From: Deltaproteobacteria bacterium | GTDB lineage: Bacteria > Myxococcota_A > UBA9160 > SMWR01 | Direction of reading: 5' to 3' | DNA: 44,129 nucleotides | Assembly (NCBI GenBank): GCA_032128375.1 | Contig: JAQBGU010000061.1 | Location: 1 to 44,129 of the forward strand | Shown here: positions 27,539 to 37,916 of the stretch, piece after piece | Layout: every line of letters begins with the position of its first letter | Numbering within the stretch: the stretch's first letter is position 1 | The notes under the pieces: generated by a model | Told to the model about the DNA's origin: nothing | Database searches by the model: none | Seen by the model: the letters and a program-made list of their open reading frames with translations, nothing else | Position numbers and translations under genes: made by a program

Positions 27539-29560
27539 CTACGAGTCTCCATGAAGGCTCCGATCCAGCTCCACGCGGTAGAGGCGCCAGTTTCGGGCCG
27601 CTGGCCAATGCTGCAAACTGACGGGATTCAGCCAATCGGGCGCCGCAGCACGGATCAATCGGTAGCCGAGCGTCTGTGTGACGCGTTTCGAATCGACGCT
27701 TCCGTTTCGAGTGAGATCCATGTACTCGACAAACGGCACGCTGTTGGCGATCAGCACATAATCGATCTTGCGCTCGGCGACGATCTGGCGTGCCTCGGTG
27801 TCGTTGGATGCGGTGAAGAAATCGGCCGTGGCGTGGACGCCGTCGACGTTTTCCCAAAACGGACTGCCGACGCCGCGGCAGCGTCCGAATTGGTGGAGGC
27901 GAGCGGCTTCCGACGGCCCGGTGAGAATCCGCACTGCGCCCCGATGTCGGTCGGGCGGGCACAGGTTCGCGGCGAGGTCGCGCAAAAATACATCTATCGC
28001 GAGCGGGATCTGGGTCACGCGGCCAGCCGCCGCCGGTGTATCGGTGCTTGCGCGCAGCCGGGTTCCGATCGCGCCGAAATTTGCGAGTCCACCCACCACA
28101 ACAGCAGCGAGTAACGCCGCCCACGGCGCACGGAAGCCCCCTTCGCGGAGTCGGCCGACCGCGATGGCGCACAGAAACAGCAGTGTGCAGCTAGCCGCTG
28201 CACTGAACAGTCCGAGCCAGCGGCCTTGCACGAGCACCCACAGAAACAACATCGAGCACGGCACCAGGATCACCCATGCCCGCGCGCGATCGGCGATTTC
28301 CGGTTCGCCACGGGGCCTCGGACGCAGCAGCCAACGGGTCGCAATCAGCACAGCCAGAGCGGGCAGTCCGAGTGTGGCGACACTTGCCAACACAGACCGC
28401 GATCCAGCGAAGAATGGCCCGAATTCGGTGATCCGATCGTGAAGGTTCAGCATGTAGAAATCTTTCGGCCAGAACCATTGCAGCGGGCCGAACGCGACCA
28501 TCAAGGGCAAGAGGACGACCCCGAGCAGCGATCCCGCGATCGCGACCACGCTTGCCCGCGAGGCTTCGGGTCCATTGCGTCGCCATTGCCCGAAGCGGTA
28601 GAGGAGATAGCCGGCACAGATCCAGCTGAGCGCGTGAAGCGGGTGGTTGACCTCGAGACGCATTGTCGCGTCAGCCGGCAAGTACTCGACCGCGAACGCA
28701 AGCAGGCTCGTCGCCCCTCCCGAAAGCGCCCACTCGCGCCACAGTTCTGGGTGAAGCCGCTCGCCCTCGGAGCCGGCCTCGTCCCGTGCGCAGAGCCACA
28801 TCGCGACGAGTGCGCCGAGTCCGACGCCGGCGATCACCACACTCATCTGCGTGGCACCACTCCACAACCCCAAACCACCGAAAACACCCGAGGCGATCAT
28901 CCAGCGCCGAGCGCTGCGCAGCGAATCGCGCCCGTTCGGCACCCATCCCGCTCCGCCGAGGAAGCAACACAAAACGAGACCCAACGCGAAAGCAATGTGA
29001 AGCCCATGGTGGTCGGGCTTTGCATAGCCGAAATCTTCCAGCAGCCTTCCGTTCGTGGCGAGCGCCAATGCGAGCATGCCGGCCGGCACACCGCCAACGA
29101 CCCACCACACCGCCACGCCCGCTGCAGTGACACAAATTGCGAACAACAATGGGTTTGCGTAGTAGGCAGCGCTGCGGATCCCGTCGTCGAGGCTTTCGCC
29201 GGACACAGCACTCGTGACCGCACCGACGCCGACGAGCCACCACGGAAATGCGGAGCTCCAGTGGACTTCGCGGCCGTCTGGCGCGTTGTCGAGGTGCGTG
29301 AAGCGAATTCGCGGACCGTGCCCACGCGCGATTTCCCGTGCGTAGTCGACGAAGTAGTAGCCGTCGAAATCGACGTAGTAGTCGATCGGTGCAGCATTTG
29401 CGTCCGGCTTGCCGCGCGGTGAACTCCACTGCTCGGTAGCGGCACGGGTCGGCTCGATGATCGCTTGGTCGACCCAGGTGGCTTGTGCGGCAATCGATGC
29501 CCACCCGATTGCGACGCCTGAGCACAGAACCCAGAAGTTTGACGCCGGTGCGAATCTCAG
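27539..29560 (-). CDS. STT3/AglB-like oligosaccharyltransferase-fold membrane protein
   Basis: DFDGYYF, PDHHG and RITEF motifs, many TM segments, and an AglB-like C-terminal domain (ADFFTASNDTEARQIVAERKIDYVLI). Start uncertain, about 29560. Confidence 0.72.
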   Translation of the reverse strand: MRFAPASNFWVLCSGVAIGWASIAAQATWVDQAIIEPTRAATEQWSSPRGKPDANAAPIDYYVDFDGYYFVDYAREIARGHGPRIRFTHLDNAPDGREVHWSSAFPWWLVGVGAVTSAVSGESLDDGIRSAAYYANPLLFAICVTAAGVAVWWVVGGVPAGMLALALATNGRLLEDFGYAKPDHHGLHIAFALGLVLCCFLGGAGWVPNGRDSLRSARRWMIASGVFGGLGLWSGATQMSVVIAGVGLGALVAMWLCARDEAGSEGERLHPELWREWALSGGATSLLAFAVEYLPADATMRLEVNHPLHALSWICAGYLLYRFGQWRRNGPEASRASVVAIAGSLLGVVLLPLMVAFGPLQWFWPKDFYMLNLHDRITEFGPFFAGSRSVLASVATLGLPALAVLIATRWLLRPRPRGEPEIADRARAWVILVPCSMLFLWVLVQGRWLGLFSAAASCTLLFLCAIAVGRLREGGFRAPWAALLAAVVVGGLANFGAIGTRLRASTDTPAAAGRVTQIPLAIDVFLRDLAANLCPPDRHRGAVRILTGPSEAARLHQFGRCRGVGSPFWENVDGVHATADFFTASNDTEARQIVAERKIDYVLIANSVPFVEYMDLTRNGSVDSKRVTQTLGYRLIRAAAPDWLNPVSLQHWPAARNWRLYRVELDRSLHGDS

Positions 29561-30021
29561 CTCGGAATCTCGAAGTTCTCGGGCAGGCTGCCGTCGAAAA
29601 AGGCCTGCTGCTCGAAACGCTCGGCGATACGCCATCCGTCCGGCGTGTAGACGAGCTTGTCGATGTAATAGGCACCGACGTTGAAAACGTGATGACCGCC
29701 TTCGCCTTTCTCGGTCGCCATCGGGTTGTAGACATAGGTCTTGGCTGAGGCTGCGTCTCCCTTCAAATTGACGACCGTGTTGCTGAGGTAGTGCTGTGTG
29801 ACCGGGAATGCGGCCAGTGCCTTTTCGAGCCACGCCCGTACCTTCGGGTAGGAACCCCTGATTCCGCCCGATGTCGTGTAGTCGACCTGTGCGTCGGGGG
29901 TAAAGCAGGTATCGAGCAGATTCCAATCTTTGGTATCGATGGCAACGGTGTATCGCCTGAGCAAATCGTCGATCTGGATTCGATCCGAGATTTCCTCGAT
30001 GGAGAGATGTCGGCTTTGCAT
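29557..30021 (-). CDS. SnoaL-like / NTF2 family protein
   Basis: DRIQIDDLLRRYTVAIDTKDW, TQHYLSN, YIDKLVYTPDGWRIAER. Confidence 0.9.
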   Translation of the reverse strand: MQSRHLSIEEISDRIQIDDLLRRYTVAIDTKDWNLLDTCFTPDAQVDYTTSGGIRGSYPKVRAWLEKALAAFPVTQHYLSNTVVNLKGDAASAKTYVYNPMATEKGEGGHHVFNVGAYYIDKLVYTPDGWRIAERFEQQAFFDGSLPENFEIPS

Positions 30022-30257
30022 CAGGGATTCCTTGTGCGAGCCACGCTTCGGATCTAGTGGACCCAGCGTGCGACGAGTGCATCAGATTACGAGCGGCCGC
30101 GCGATTGCACCACGGTACCCGAAGCGATTCGCTCGTCCCACGAGAACGGACGCGTCGAACAATGCCTTCCCGCGGGTCGACCCACGGGGCTCATTGGGAG
30201 GTGCTTCCTATCAGAGGACCATGTCCGAAAATTGCCAGGGGGACCGGCATAAGTCCG

Positions 30258-30263
30258 TACAAT
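30258..30263 (+). promoter_or_regulatory. -10 box TACAAT 6 nt before the ada-alkA start codon (probable leaderless promoter)
   Basis: TACAAT at 30258-30263, ATG at 30270, no Shine-Dalgarno between them. Confidence 0.5.
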
Positions 30264-30269
30264 CACCGC

Positions 30270-31721
30270 ATGGAACTCGACCGGAAACACTGCCGCCGCG
30301 CAAGCGTGGCGCGAGATCGCCGCTTCGATGGGGTGTTCTTCGCCGGCGTCAAAACGACCGGTATCTACTGCCGTCCGGTCTGTCCCGTGGCGCTACCGAA
30401 GGCCGAAAATGTCATCTATTACCCATCGGCTGCATCTTGCGAAGAAGCGGGCTTTCGACCTTGCCGGCGTTGTCGACCCGAAACGGCGCCCGGAACGCCC
30501 GCTTGGGTCGGCAGTTCGACGACTGTCGCCCGGGCGCTTCGACTGATTGATGAAGATTCGCAGATGTCCTTGCCCGTAGACGACCTCGGACGGCGTCTCG
30601 GCGTCGGATCACGTCATCTGCGACGTCTGTTCGCGGAACACCTCGGCGCGTCTCCCCTGACGGTGATTCGCACTCGCCGAGTGCAGTTCGCTCGGCACCT
30701 GATCGATCAGACTGAGCTGTCGATGTCCCAGGTTGCCGCGTCTTCGGGCTTCGCGAGTGTCCGCCAGTTCAACCAGACAATCAGCGAAACATTCGGAAAG
30801 CCGCCCACTGCGCTTCGCCGGGCGTACGTGAATCGGCGCCTCGCAGCCGCGCCCGGTGAGATCGCGTTGCGCCTACCGTACAGGCCTCCTTTCGATTGGG
30901 CCGGGCTGTTGACCTTCTTGTCGCTTCGCGCGATTCCCGGCGTCGAACACGTCGATGCCGACTGTTATAGGAGAGTCGTCAATACAGACGCCGGTGTTGG
31001 CAGCGTCGAAGTCTGCCATGAGCCAAGCATGCATCAGTTGATTTGTCGCATGCGCATTCCCGACGCTCTCGAGCTGGCGGGGTGTGTGGAGGCCGCGAGG
31101 CGCCTGTTCGACCTTTGTGCGAACCCGCGAATCATCGAATCGGATCTCGGTCGGGATCCGCTGCTTGCCCGCCGCCTCGCTTCCTGTACAGGAATCCGCG
31201 TCCCGGGCGCCTGGGATCCGTTCGAACTCAGTGTCCGTGCAATCTTGGGACAGCAGGTGTCCGTCAAGGGCGCGACGACGTTGTCGGGTCGGCTCGTCGA
31301 ACGTTTCGGCGAGCGGATCGATTCGTCGTGTCACGAGGCGCTCACGCATGGGTTTCCAGCTGCCTCTGTGTTGGCTGATGCCGATATCGCAAGTATCGGG
31401 CTGCCCAAGGCGCGCGCTGCGGCGATTCGCGCGTTGGCGAGGCTGGTCGCCGACGGCGAGCTGTGTTTTTCGGGCGCATCGGATGCAGAACACACGCGCG
31501 CCCGGATGTGCGAAATTCCTGGTATCGGAGACTGGACGGCCCAGTACGTGTCGATGCGGGCGCTCGGAGATTCGGACGCGTTTCCATCTACGGATCTGGG
31601 TCTGCTCAAAGCGGTATCTGCGGGCCCAAAGCGGATCACTGCGGCCGCCCTGCGTGACCGCTCGCAGGCCTGGCGTCCGTGGCGTGCATACGCGGCGATG
31701 TGTTTGTGGAGTCAGCACTGA
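30270..31721 (+). CDS. alkA: Ada-AlkA fusion (Ada Zn domain, AraC HTH, AlkA_N and HhH-GPD 3-methyladenine glycosylase)
   Basis: RDRRFDG, TTGIYCRPVCP, GFRPCRRCRPE, GFASVRQFN, LPYRPPFDW, AILGQQVSV, IPGIGDWTAQY, WRPWRAYA. Confidence 0.95.
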   Translation: MELDRKHCRRASVARDRRFDGVFFAGVKTTGIYCRPVCPVALPKAENVIYYPSAASCEEAGFRPCRRCRPETAPGTPAWVGSSTTVARALRLIDEDSQMSLPVDDLGRRLGVGSRHLRRLFAEHLGASPLTVIRTRRVQFARHLIDQTELSMSQVAASSGFASVRQFNQTISETFGKPPTALRRAYVNRRLAAAPGEIALRLPYRPPFDWAGLLTFLSLRAIPGVEHVDADCYRRVVNTDAGVGSVEVCHEPSMHQLICRMRIPDALELAGCVEAARRLFDLCANPRIIESDLGRDPLLARRLASCTGIRVPGAWDPFELSVRAILGQQVSVKGATTLSGRLVERFGERIDSSCHEALTHGFPAASVLADADIASIGLPKARAAAIRALARLVADGELCFSGASDAEHTRARMCEIPGIGDWTAQYVSMRALGDSDAFPSTDLGLLKAVSAGPKRITAAALRDRSQAWRPWRAYAAMCLWSQH

Positions 31722-31729
31722 CCGCGGCA

Positions 31730-32170
31730 GTTCTGGCGGGCCTATCCGCGTGTGCCGAAGTGATCGGCGCGCAGCGTGTCCAGAGAGCGAGATCGCCCCG
31801 GCGACGATTGAAACGCGCCCAGTGCATTCGCAATAACCAAGCAGCATTGCGGCATGCGCAGTTCACAGGCAACTCGACTGAGAAGCACCCGCGTGGCCCG
31901 AGGCGTGGACCCGACGCACAGCTACCTCGAACTTCTTCGCGCGCGAATCGGCCTGGCCAAAGGCGGGCCGCAGCAGGCCGCGGAGACTCTGCGTGCACGC
32001 GTACCGGTATTGGATCGGGCCGAGACACACGATTGGCTCGGTCGGGCATGCGAAGCGTCGTGTGACTACCCCGGCGCTGAGCGACGCTATGCGCTCGCAG
32101 TACGCTCCCTCCAGCGAATCGGTCGCACCCAAGAGGCGCGCAGGACCCGATCGAGCAACGGCTGCGCGCG
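31730..32170 (+). pseudogene. Possible TPR-protein remnant
   Basis: DPTHSYLELLRARIGLAKGGPQQAAETL...AETHDWLGRACEASCDYPGAERRY looks TPR-like; fragmented with no clean start or stop. Confidence 0.3.
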
Positions 32171-32282
32171 ATGGGCTACCAGGACGATCCGCCTATTGAT
32201 TGACTGGCGGACCTCCGACCCGTATAGATTCTCATCGCCCACGCGCGGCCGACACCCTCCAAGCCGAAGAGGATCGACAATC

Positions 32283-33302
32283 ATGAGCTCCGTCAACCGA
32301 CAAATCCGACTCGCGTCCCGACCCGTCGGGATGATCCGCAATAGCTGCTTTCGATCGGACGCCTCCCCGATGCCGGAGATCGGTGAGGGTGAAGCGCTGG
32401 TTCGCAACATCTACCTGTCGATCGACCCGACGATTCGCGGCTGGCTCGACGACGCCGCGTCCTACCTGCCGCCGGTTCAGATTGGCGAGGTCGTACGATG
32501 CGGCGGGATCGGTGAAATCGTCGCCTCGCACAGCCCGAACTATCAGCTCGGGGACATTGTCTTCGGGATGCTCGGCTGGCAGGAATACTCGGTCGCGGGT
32601 CGGGATGGCCAGGCGATGAACGTGCTTCCCAAGGGCCTCCCGCTGACCGCGGCGCTGAGCGTGTTTGGTGTTACCGGCATGACGGCCTACTTCGGCATGC
32701 TCGAGATCGGCAAACCGGTCGAGGGTGAAACCGTTGTCGTTTCTGGCGCGGCGGGAGCGACCGGCTCTGTGGCGGGACAGATTGCGAAAATATGCGGCTG
32801 CCGGGTGGTCGGCATCGCCGGGTCCGAGGCGAAGTGCGCCTGGGTCCGCGACGAACTCGGATTCGACGACTGCATCAATTACAAGACGGAAAAAATTCCG
32901 GAGCGTTTGAAGGAGGCCTGCCCTCAGGGAGTCGATGTGTTCTTCGACAACGTCGGAGGCCAGATCCTCGAGGATGTGTTGGGCCAGATCAACCAGCGCG
33001 CGCGGGTGGTGCTGTGTGGCGCAATTTCGCAGTACAACGCGACAAAAAAGGTTCCCGGTCCCTCGAACTACATGCAACTGATCATTCAACGTGCGCGCAT
33101 GGAGGGCTTCATCATCATGGACTACATCCCTCGCTTCGGCGAAGGCATGATGAAGATGGGGAGCTGGGTCGGAGAGGGCCGGGTGAAGTACGCGGTGGAC
33201 ATTGTCGAGGGTCTCGAAAACGCGCCTTCCGCAATCAACCGGCTGTTCACGGGTGCAAACAACGGCAAGCTATTGGTGAAGGTTTCGGACGAGCCGAGCT
33301 AG
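32283..33302 (+). CDS. NADP-dependent oxidoreductase (PTGR/CurA-like MDR)
   Basis: NRQIRLASRP, YLSIDP, TGMTAYFG, VSGAAGATGS, DVFFDNVGG, CGAISQYN. Confidence 0.93.
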   Translation: MSSVNRQIRLASRPVGMIRNSCFRSDASPMPEIGEGEALVRNIYLSIDPTIRGWLDDAASYLPPVQIGEVVRCGGIGEIVASHSPNYQLGDIVFGMLGWQEYSVAGRDGQAMNVLPKGLPLTAALSVFGVTGMTAYFGMLEIGKPVEGETVVVSGAAGATGSVAGQIAKICGCRVVGIAGSEAKCAWVRDELGFDDCINYKTEKIPERLKEACPQGVDVFFDNVGGQILEDVLGQINQRARVVLCGAISQYNATKKVPGPSNYMQLIIQRARMEGFIIMDYIPRFGEGMMKMGSWVGEGRVKYAVDIVEGLENAPSAINRLFTGANNGKLLVKVSDEPS

Positions 33303-33303
33303 C

Positions 33304-34059
33304 GTGCCGATTCGCGCAGTCGTCTTCGACCTGTTCGACACGCTGGTCGACCTATCGTTGCGCGATTTGCCTCGCATCGAAGTCCGCGGTAAGTCGATCC
33401 CGACGACCGCGGGTCGGCTGCACGAGGTGGTTGCGAGCTGGGCGAAGATCGATATCGAGCGTTTCCTCGATACGCTATTCGAGGTCGATCGGGAATTTCA
33501 CGCTTCGCGATACGCCAAGGGCCTCGAACTGCCCACGATCGAGCGATTCGAGGCTCTTGCCAGACGGCTCGAGATAGACGCGCCAGAGCTTCCGCAGGCC
33601 CTCACCGACACCCACATGGGGCTGATTCGCGACCTGGTGCGGGTCCCCGAGCATCACACCGGCGTGGTGCGATCGCTTGGCGGGCACGTTCGGCTCGGCC
33701 TGTGTTCGAACTTCAGCTGCTCGAAGATGGCGCTGGACCTGCTGGATGAGTCCGGCATCGGGCCGCATCTCGACTCTGTGATCATTTCGGATGTAGTCGG
33801 AGTTCGAAAGCCGCGCAGCGAGATTTTCGAGGCGGTGCTCGCCGAGCTGGACGTTGCGCCGGAGGAGACGCTTCACGTCGGAGATAGTCTGCAAGCGGAC
33901 GTGGGCGGTGCAGCACCGCTTGGGATTCGGACGGTGTGGATCACGCGGCGGATTCCGGATGTGGGTGCGGCGCTCACACAGTACGCCGGGCCCACACCCG
34001 ATCATGTCATTGCAGATCTTTCGGAGATCGAAGGCCTTCTGGACTCGAGCGACGCCTGA
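33304..34059 (+). CDS. HAD family hydrolase
   Basis: FDLFDTLVD, LCSNF, RKPRSEIF, HVGDSLQADVGGA. Confidence 0.9.
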   Translation: MPIRAVVFDLFDTLVDLSLRDLPRIEVRGKSIPTTAGRLHEVVASWAKIDIERFLDTLFEVDREFHASRYAKGLELPTIERFEALARRLEIDAPELPQALTDTHMGLIRDLVRVPEHHTGVVRSLGGHVRLGLCSNFSCSKMALDLLDESGIGPHLDSVIISDVVGVRKPRSEIFEAVLAELDVAPEETLHVGDSLQADVGGAAPLGIRTVWITRRIPDVGAALTQYAGPTPDHVIADLSEIEGLLDSSDA

Positions 34060-34099
34060 GCGATTCTGGAAAGCCGACGACTGGGTGATTCCGAGCCAA

Positions 34100-35137
<1,038 letters not shown>

Positions 35138-35187
35138 CCGTACCTCAAACGAGAATCGATCGATTCGTCACCTGAAATGGAGGCAGC

Positions 35188-36138
35188 ATGGCCAGGCCCT
35201 TTCGCTTCGGAGTTCAGATTCACGACCTACCGATCGCAGACTGGCGCGTTCGCATTCGCCGGATAGAAGCATTGGGTTATTCGACGGTGTTTCTACCGGA
35301 TCACTTCGGCGACCAATGGGAACCCGCCGCGGCGCTTGGTGGATTCGCCGGTGTGACCACGCGCTTGAACGTCGGCACACTGGTATACGATGTCGACTAT
35401 CGGCACCCGGTGATCCTGGCGAAATCGAGTGCGACGCTGCACGCGATTTCGGATGGACGTCACGAATTCGGGATCGGCGCAGGTTGGATGGAGACCGACT
35501 ACAAGGAGGCGGGCATGCGCTACGACTCGCCCGGCACCCGGATCAACCGTCTCGACGAAGCGCTGCAGATCATTCGCTCGATGTGGGAAAACGAAAGAAC
35601 CAGCTTCGATGGTGACCACTACCAGATCAGCAACATCGCTCGCGCGGCGCCACTGCCCGACGGCGAGCGGCCGCGCATCCTGATCGGTGGGGGTGGCCCG
35701 CGAATTCTGAAACTGGCCGGGCGGCATGCCGACATCGTCGGCATCAATCCCAAACTTCCCGAAGGGAAGATCACGCGCGACACCCCGAAGGATTCCTCGC
35801 TCGATCGCGTGCGCGAGAAAATTTCGTGGGTAGAAGCTGGTGCGGAAGCGGCCGGTCGCACAATCGCGGATATCGAACTCAACTCGCTGACATTTGTCGT
35901 GGCGATTACCGATGATCCCAAACCGATTCGCGAGGGGTTGTCGAAAAACACCGGAATGACGGTCGAGCAGGTCGCCGATTGCCCACTCTTCTTGACAGGC
36001 TCAGCGATGGAACTCCGCGACCGATTGGAGAAGCAACGCGAAGACACCGGCATCAGCTACATCGTGATTCAAGGTGCCGACCCAGAAGTTCTGGAGTCGT
36101 TTGCGGAATCGATCGTCGATCCGCTCGCGGGGAGCTGA
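35188..36138 (+). CDS. LLM-class probable F420-dependent oxidoreductase
   Basis: [40 protein letters not shown]. Confidence 0.88.
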   Translation: MARPFRFGVQIHDLPIADWRVRIRRIEALGYSTVFLPDHFGDQWEPAAALGGFAGVTTRLNVGTLVYDVDYRHPVILAKSSATLHAISDGRHEFGIGAGWMETDYKEAGMRYDSPGTRINRLDEALQIIRSMWENERTSFDGDHYQISNIARAAPLPDGERPRILIGGGGPRILKLAGRHADIVGINPKLPEGKITRDTPKDSSLDRVREKISWVEAGAEAAGRTIADIELNSLTFVVAITDDPKPIREGLSKNTGMTVEQVADCPLFLTGSAMELRDRLEKQREDTGISYIVIQGADPEVLESFAESIVDPLAGS

Positions 36139-36218
36139 TGGGGGGAGCTGGCGAACCGTGCGCGGCGGCGAACTGAGTCCGTAATCTGCTGCGTCCGCAA
36201 TCAAAAGGAGAACGAACT

Positions 36219-36662
36219 GTGATCGAGAAGTGGATGGAGAAATGGCACCAGCAAGTCCGAGGGAAGTTTCCTGGGGGCCTCGACGACCTGCTCGCAGATG
36301 ACGTGGTTTTCTATTCGCCCATCGTGTTTTCGCCGCAGAAAGGCATCGATCTGACGAAGATGTATCTGCAAGCAGCCGGAGCGACTTTCGACGCGGGTAG
36401 CAAAGCTCGAGAAGAAGAAAAGGACGGATCGGCGCCGAGGCCGGAGTCGAAATTCCATTACACCAAAGAGGTTCTTTCCGGCAACCACGCAATCCTCGAG
36501 TTCGAGACCGAGATGGGCGGCAAGTATGTCAATGGCGTCGACATCATCACCTGGAACGACGCGGGCCGAATCATCGAATTCAAGGTCATGATCCGTTCGC
36601 TCCAGGCGGTCAACCTGATGCACCAGCAGATGGCGACCATGCTGGAGAAGATGAACGGCTAG
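36219..36662 (+). CDS. SnoaL-like / NTF2 family protein
   Basis: LLADDVVFYSPIVFSPQKG, AILEFETE, VNGVDII, EFKVMIR; AAGGAG RBS. Confidence 0.9.
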   Translation: MIEKWMEKWHQQVRGKFPGGLDDLLADDVVFYSPIVFSPQKGIDLTKMYLQAAGATFDAGSKAREEEKDGSAPRPESKFHYTKEVLSGNHAILEFETEMGGKYVNGVDIITWNDAGRIIEFKVMIRSLQAVNLMHQQMATMLEKMNG

Positions 36663-36927
36663 GCGGCCCGATGGAGTCGGTTCGTCAGCTCGATCGACAA
36701 TGCTATGCGTCCGCCGCGAAGTTGCTCGCGCAGACCAACCCCTGCCATGTCTACATGTGCCCAACCCGAAGACCCGCCTGGCCCAGCTGGAATGGTTTCT
36801 CGGCGCAAACCTTCGCATGCACGTCGAAGCGGATCGCGAAGCCAGCTTCTGCTTGGGGTCGGACGCTCCGCCGGGTCGTTTCGGAATTGGATCACGCTGC
36901 ACCCGTCCGACGAGTGATCCGACTCGC

Positions 36928-37335
36928 TCACTCGTAGATGATGAACTCCAGCAATTCTGGTCAGGATCCGCGGGTGTATACGCTGGTTCCAGTCGCTCGA
37001 CCGCCCTCGCGTTCGACTGGGCCTTCGACAACCACCGCTGCTGCGGCCTCGCGTGTTGCCTGTAGGTCTTCGAGTCCGCCTTGCCAGACGAAACAGAAGT
37101 CGCCGCAGCCGGGCCGCGCAGTCGGTCCGCGTAGCGTGAATGCGCTGTTCTCCCACAACTTGGGTGCATGTACGTTGATCTTGTTGTCGCCGAAACGGAT
37201 CGAAAAGAACGCGATCCGTCTGTTTCGATACTCTTCGATGCAGGGGCAATTGAACCCAAGCGCCGAGTAGAATTCGATGGCCGCCTCGGGGTTCGAGGTT
37301 GGCATGGCGACGTGATCGAATCCGGTGACGCCCAT
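36928..37335 (-). pseudogene. VOC/glyoxalase family protein with an interrupted C-terminus
   Basis: FDHVA, KINVH, GCGDFCF, EGPVEREGG. Stop at 36961-36963, but the conserved RDPDxNLLE end is recovered by a +1 then -1 shift (...LLEFIIYE*, ending 36928). Confidence 0.75.
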
Positions 37336-37403
37336 CGGTTGCTCCGCTGGTTTGAGTCTGGGTCATGCATAGCCACACGAAGCAAGAGATCGGGGAGATC
37401 GAC

Positions 37404-37856
37404 ATGTTGGGCTGGGAGCTGCACGCCCGCGAACAGATTCGCGACCTGGTTTCGCGCTACAACGCCAATGGCGATTCGGGTCGGCTCGACGACGTGATGG
37501 TGCTGTTCGCCAATGATGCGACGCTCGAAGTCGACTCAGATTGCTACCGCGGGACCAGCGAGATTCGCGAAATGTTCGAACGAGTGGCTGCTCAAACCCG
37601 AAGTGAGCCGGGTGGCTACATTCGACACTTTACAGCGACCCACCAAATCGATCTGCTCGACGAGCAGACCGCTCGCGGTCGCTCGTATTTTCAGGTGCTC
37701 ACGCGACTCGGTCTCGACCACTGGGGCCGCTATCTCGATGAGTATTCGCAGTCAGGGGGTAGCTGGCGCTTCCAGGCGCGCAGCGTTCGCATCGACGGAA
37801 GCATCGCAGGCGGATGGTCGGATCGAGCGCAAGCGCGGCTCGAACAACCTGACTAG
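37404..37856 (+). CDS. SnoaL-like / NTF2 family protein
   Basis: REQIRDLVSRYNANGDSG, IRHFTATHQI, DHWGRYLDEY, WRFQAR. Confidence 0.88.
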   Translation: MLGWELHAREQIRDLVSRYNANGDSGRLDDVMVLFANDATLEVDSDCYRGTSEIREMFERVAAQTRSEPGGYIRHFTATHQIDLLDEQTARGRSYFQVLTRLGLDHWGRYLDEYSQSGGSWRFQARSVRIDGSIAGGWSDRAQARLEQPD

Positions 37857-37916
37857 AATCCGTCGTCGGCTGCACGCTAGAGCTGGCGCTCTACCCGCGA
37901 TTCGGCTCGATGCTGT

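Noticed and set aside
31854..33302. TPR-oxidoreductase fusion (482-aa ORF)
   Set aside because: The oxidoreductase has its own ATG at 32283 with an upstream AGGA; the upstream part looks like decayed sequence that is open by chance.
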